Of a stretch of DNA of 64,000 nt, positions 60,661 to 64,000 are shown piece after piece. Position numbers and translations under genes: made by a program. Every line of letters begins with the position of its first letter. The stretch's first letter is position 1. The notes under the pieces are model-generated. The model was not told where the DNA came from and searched no databases. It saw only the letters and a list, made by a program, of their open reading frames with translations. The DNA is from Candidatus Spongiisociaceae bacterium (GTDB taxonomy: Bacteria > Actinomycetota > Acidimicrobiia > Spongiisociales > Spongiisociaceae), in NCBI GenBank assembly GCA_965262915.1, contig OZ253564.1, positions 3,872,001-3,936,000 on the forward strand. The letters run 5' to 3'.

Positions 60661-61608
60661 CTACCGGCTCTCTCTCGCAAATGGTCTGCCCAAGGCAGCC
60701 GGCGCTCCCAAGCGACGGGCGGCCTCAGGACGGGACGAGATGACTGCGAGCACCAAGATGGTCATGATGAACGGGAGCATGGCCAAGAAATCAGTGGGTA
60801 CACCGAATCCAACGATCTGAAACGTGAACCCCAATGTAGTGAGCGCACCGAACACATACGCGGCCAACATCGCCCGCCACGGCCTCCATCCGGAGAATAT
60901 CACGAGACAGAACGCGATCCAGCCCAGTCCGGCGGTGAGCGAGTCCTGCCAGGTACCGAGTATCTGGATTGAAAGGTATGCCCCCGCCATGCCGGCCAGC
61001 GCTCCACCCACCAGTGTTGCACTGTAGCGAACCGCAACAACTGGAATTCCCGCCGCATCGGCCGTAGCAGGATCATCACCCACCGCCCACAATGAGAGTC
61101 CCGGCCTAGTACGAAACAGGAAGTAGCTTGCAACGGCCACGATCACCCAGGACAGATAGACAACGACATCATGGTCGAAGACAAGCGGGCCTACGACCGG
61201 CAGACCGGTCATACCTTCTGGAAAGACACTGGAGAATCGAGCACCTGGGGGCCGTCCCGTGAGCTTTGGGGTGGTGGCGTCACCGAGGAAACCCGACATA
61301 CCCGTCCCGATGATCACGAGCGCCAATCCGGAGATGATCTGGTTGACACGCAGGCTGACGGCCAGTAGGGCATGCACGGTAGCGAGTAGCGTGGCTGCCA
61401 GTATGCCCACGAGCATCCCCAGCGCGAGGCTCTCCGTTTCGCTCGTAACCCAGAAGCCGCTCGCCGCCGATATCAGCATCATTCCCTCGATCCCGAGGTT
61501 CATGACCCCGGACCGCTCCGCAAGGATCTCCCCTATCGCGGCCAGCAGCATCGGGGTCCCGGCGGCGATCATGGAAGCTATCGACAGGACCAGGATCGTG
61601 TCGTTCAC
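60661..61608 (-). CDS. Nucleoside-type ABC permease
   Basis: ERSGVMNLGIEG, GLGWIAFCLVIFSGWRP; paralog of 51478-52425. Confidence 0.9.
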   Translation of the reverse strand: MNDTILVLSIASMIAAGTPMLLAAIGEILAERSGVMNLGIEGMMLISAASGFWVTSETESLALGMLVGILAATLLATVHALLAVSLRVNQIISGLALVIIGTGMSGFLGDATTPKLTGRPPGARFSSVFPEGMTGLPVVGPLVFDHDVVVYLSWVIVAVASYFLFRTRPGLSLWAVGDDPATADAAGIPVVAVRYSATLVGGALAGMAGAYLSIQILGTWQDSLTAGLGWIAFCLVIFSGWRPWRAMLAAYVFGALTTLGFTFQIVGFGVPTDFLAMLPFIMTILVLAVISSRPEAARRLGAPAALGRPFARESR

Positions 61609-62708
61609 GGGGGACCGCGCTTTGACACAAGAGTGACCCGGTAGCGGAGGAGGAACTCCCCTGCCGCCACGAATAGCAGAACGAGCCCTTGCAGGAATAG
61701 GACGATATCGATCGGAATACCCATCTGCTGGAGCGCGGTCCCCGAACTGACGAGCCCGGACAGGAAGACCGCCACCGGTACCAGCATCAAGGGATGCAGT
61801 CGCGCCATGGAGGCCGCGATTATCCCGGTGAAGCCCACTCCCGTCTCCAGCGCCGTGGGCTGGAGTGCGTGGTTGACGCCGGCCACCTCAACGGCTCCGC
61901 CGAGGCCGGCCAGCGCGCCGGACACACACAGCACGGCGATGATGTTACGCGAGACGCTCATCCCGGCATACCTGCCGGCGGTCGGCGAGTCTCCGATGAC
62001 CTTCGTCTCATAGCCCCACCGGCTCGCCTTGAGGATCCACCACATCAGAACGGCGACAACGAGCGCTATGAGGAAGCCGACATGTAAGCGCCCCCAGAAC
62101 CGCGGAAGCTCCGCCACCTCGGGAATGGGCTTCCCGGTTGCGTAAGCAACGCTCTCCGGATCTCGCCAGTAGCTGAAGCTCCCGAATATCAGGTATTCCA
62201 TGAAGTGGGTCGCTATGAAGGTGAGCATGAGCGTGGAGATGACCTCATCGGTCGAGAAAAAGACCTTGAGCACTGCACCGATTCCGGCCCACAACATCCC
62301 GCCGACGATTCCTGCAACCATGATGGCGGGCATCAGCACCCAGAATGGTGATTGCGGTAAAGAAATGGCGATACCGCTTGCCGCGATCGCTCCCATCATC
62401 AGCTGGCCGTCCCCGCCGATGTTCCAGATTCTCATCCTGAACGAGACTGCTGCAGCGAGCGCCGTGAATACCAGCGGTGTGGACAGGAGAAGCGTTCTCA
62501 CCAGTGGATTCCTGCCACCGAAGGCCGATTGAAAGAGCTCTGCATAGGCTTCCAGCGGCGAGTGGCCGTCGACCGCCAGTGCGAGTGCACCGGCCAGCGT
62601 CGCCGTCAAGACGGAGGCAATCGGAACCACAATCCGGGCCTGCCACGAGGCCCTCTCCTTTGGCTCGAGACGCAGGCGAGCCCGCGGGATCTCGAAGGTC
62701 GCGCTCAT
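61605..62708 (-). CDS. Nucleoside-type ABC permease
   Basis: WNIGGDGQ, DEVISTLML; paralog of 52422-53561. Confidence 0.9.
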   Translation of the reverse strand: MSATFEIPRARLRLEPKERASWQARIVVPIASVLTATLAGALALAVDGHSPLEAYAELFQSAFGGRNPLVRTLLLSTPLVFTALAAAVSFRMRIWNIGGDGQLMMGAIAASGIAISLPQSPFWVLMPAIMVAGIVGGMLWAGIGAVLKVFFSTDEVISTLMLTFIATHFMEYLIFGSFSYWRDPESVAYATGKPIPEVAELPRFWGRLHVGFLIALVVAVLMWWILKASRWGYETKVIGDSPTAGRYAGMSVSRNIIAVLCVSGALAGLGGAVEVAGVNHALQPTALETGVGFTGIIAASMARLHPLMLVPVAVFLSGLVSSGTALQQMGIPIDIVLFLQGLVLLFVAAGEFLLRYRVTLVSKRGPP

Positions 62709-62712
62709 CGAC

Positions 62713-64000
62713 TCACGATCTGCGTGCCCCGGCCATCATCAACCCGATCGCTTCGAGGTCGAACTCCATTGGATCCATCTCCCCGACGATTTCGCCCTCG
62801 AACATCACCAGAATGATATCGGCGAGGGCCCGGACCTCATCGAGATCCTCCGAGATGAGCAAGATGCCGAGTCCATTCCGTGCGGCGTTCACAAGGAGGC
62901 GACGGACAGAATCTGTTGCGGCAAGATCAAGCCCCCTCGTCGGAGATGCCGCTAGCAACACGTCCGGATCCTCCGAGATCTCGCGAGCCAGAATGGATCG
63001 TTGGAGGTTTCCTCCCGAGAGGAGGCGGATGGGGAGTTCGCCCCGGCCACCGCGGATATCGTATTCCGCCACCAGACGCTTCGCCCTCTTGCGGATCTCC
63101 CTTTCCGAGAGCAGTAGACCGCGCGAGATGGGATGCCGTCGGTAGGCCTTGAGAACGAGATTCTCCTTCAGGGACAGATTGGAAGCCAACCCCATCACAA
63201 GCCGGTCTTCAGGGACGAAACCGAATCCCGCCTTGATGCGCGCAAGCGGACTCCCATGGGTCACATCAACCCCATCGATCGTCACAGACCCCCCGGAAAC
63301 AGGACGCAGCCCGGCGATCGCCTCAGCGAGTTCGCGCTGCCCGTTACCGGCGACACCGGCGATCCCGACCACCCGGCCTCTGTGCACGTCGATGTTGACA
63401 CCCTTGACGGCGTCCCTCCCCCGGTCACCCAATACCGCCAGGTCTCTCAGTGCGAGAACCGGCTCCTCCGGTTCGGGTTCCCCAGCCGATGGAGCGCTGG
63501 GCTCCTTGTTTGGCCCGCGCAGGACGAAGTCTCTGCCCACCATCATCCTGGCCAGCCGGCTCGCATCGGCTTCAGCCGTGGCCACTTCGCCTGTCTTTCG
63601 ACCGTCGACCAGGACGGAGACCCGGTCGGAGACCTCCAACACCTCGTCGAGTTTGTGGGACACGAAGACGACTGCTCTTCCGTCCTCGGCGAGCTTCCGG
63701 ACCCTCGCGATGAGTAGGTGGGACTCCTGTGGCGTCAGGACGGCCGTCGGCTCGTCGAGGATCAGCACCCGCACTCCGCGATAGAGAAGCCGAAGGATCT
63801 CCACACGCTGTTGCTCACCGACAGAAAGCTGCCAGGTTCTTGCTGAAGGAGAAACGGGCAACCCCATATCTTCGATGAATTCGCCGATCTCTCTCTCGAT
63901 CTGGCTTCTGGGTAAACGTATCGGGGTTCTCGGATGTCCAAGCACCAGGTTCTCGGCCACGGTGAACCGTTCCACCAGCCTGAAGTGCTGGTACACCATG
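62713..64000 (-). CDS. Nucleoside-type ABC ATP-binding protein, 5' end outside the window
   Basis: MVYQHFRL, LSVGEQQRVEI, LSGGNLQR; Walker A of the first NBD lies beyond the edge. Confidence 0.9.
   Translation of the reverse strand, partial: MVYQHFRLVERFTVAENLVLGHPRTPIRLPRSQIEREIGEFIEDMGLPVSPSARTWQLSVGEQQRVEILRLLYRGVRVLILDEPTAVLTPQESHLLIARVRKLAEDGRAVVFVSHKLDEVLEVSDRVSVLVDGRKTGEVATAEADASRLARMMVGRDFVLRGPNKEPSAPSAGEPEPEEPVLALRDLAVLGDRGRDAVKGVNIDVHRGRVVGIAGVAGNGQRELAEAIAGLRPVSGGSVTIDGVDVTHGSPLARIKAGFGFVPEDRLVMGLASNLSLKENLVLKAYRRHPISRGLLLSEREIRKRAKRLVAEYDIRGGRGELPIRLLSGGNLQRSILAREISEDPDVLLAASPTRGLDLAATDSVRRLLVNAARNGLGILLISEDLDEVRALADIILVMFEGEIVGEMDPMEFDLEAIGLMMAGARRS

Overview
High-GC bacterial DNA, probably Actinomycetota. 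The Thr/Ala-rich lipoprotein linkers, apparent leaderless genes and a mycothiol-type dehydrogenase suggest Acidimicrobiia (inference). Almost the whole window is a catabolic/transport island. It encodes three UbiD-family prFMN decarboxylases, one UbiX, and a two-gene unit of type-2 IPP isomerase (fni) plus a PhdC/YclD-like FMN split-barrel protein, which may be a dedicated prFMN supply module. It also encodes four xanthine-dehydrogenase-family molybdopterin subunits with only two FAD and two 2Fe-2S subunits plus CoxG, three VanA/NdmA-like Rieske oxygenases without a reductase, and an MscR-like formaldehyde dehydrogenase. Other enzymes are two amidohydrolases, a nitrilase-family hydrolase, a hydantoinase A, an SDR and a phytoene-desaturase-like oxidoreductase. 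Transport is by one peptide ABC system, three nucleoside/BMP-type ABC systems, a split NitT/TauT ABC system and two EamA proteins. No transcription-factor gene was recognised. Three families of short non-autonomous inverted-repeat elements (MITE-like) are scattered in intergenic DNA; one family sits in TAG stop codons and regenerates them. A small accessory patch at 31-33.5 kb holds an orphan relE, a small peptide plus DUF6338-like gene, a truncated AAA ATPase and two stacked elements. All calls are by-eye motif recognition; no searches were run.
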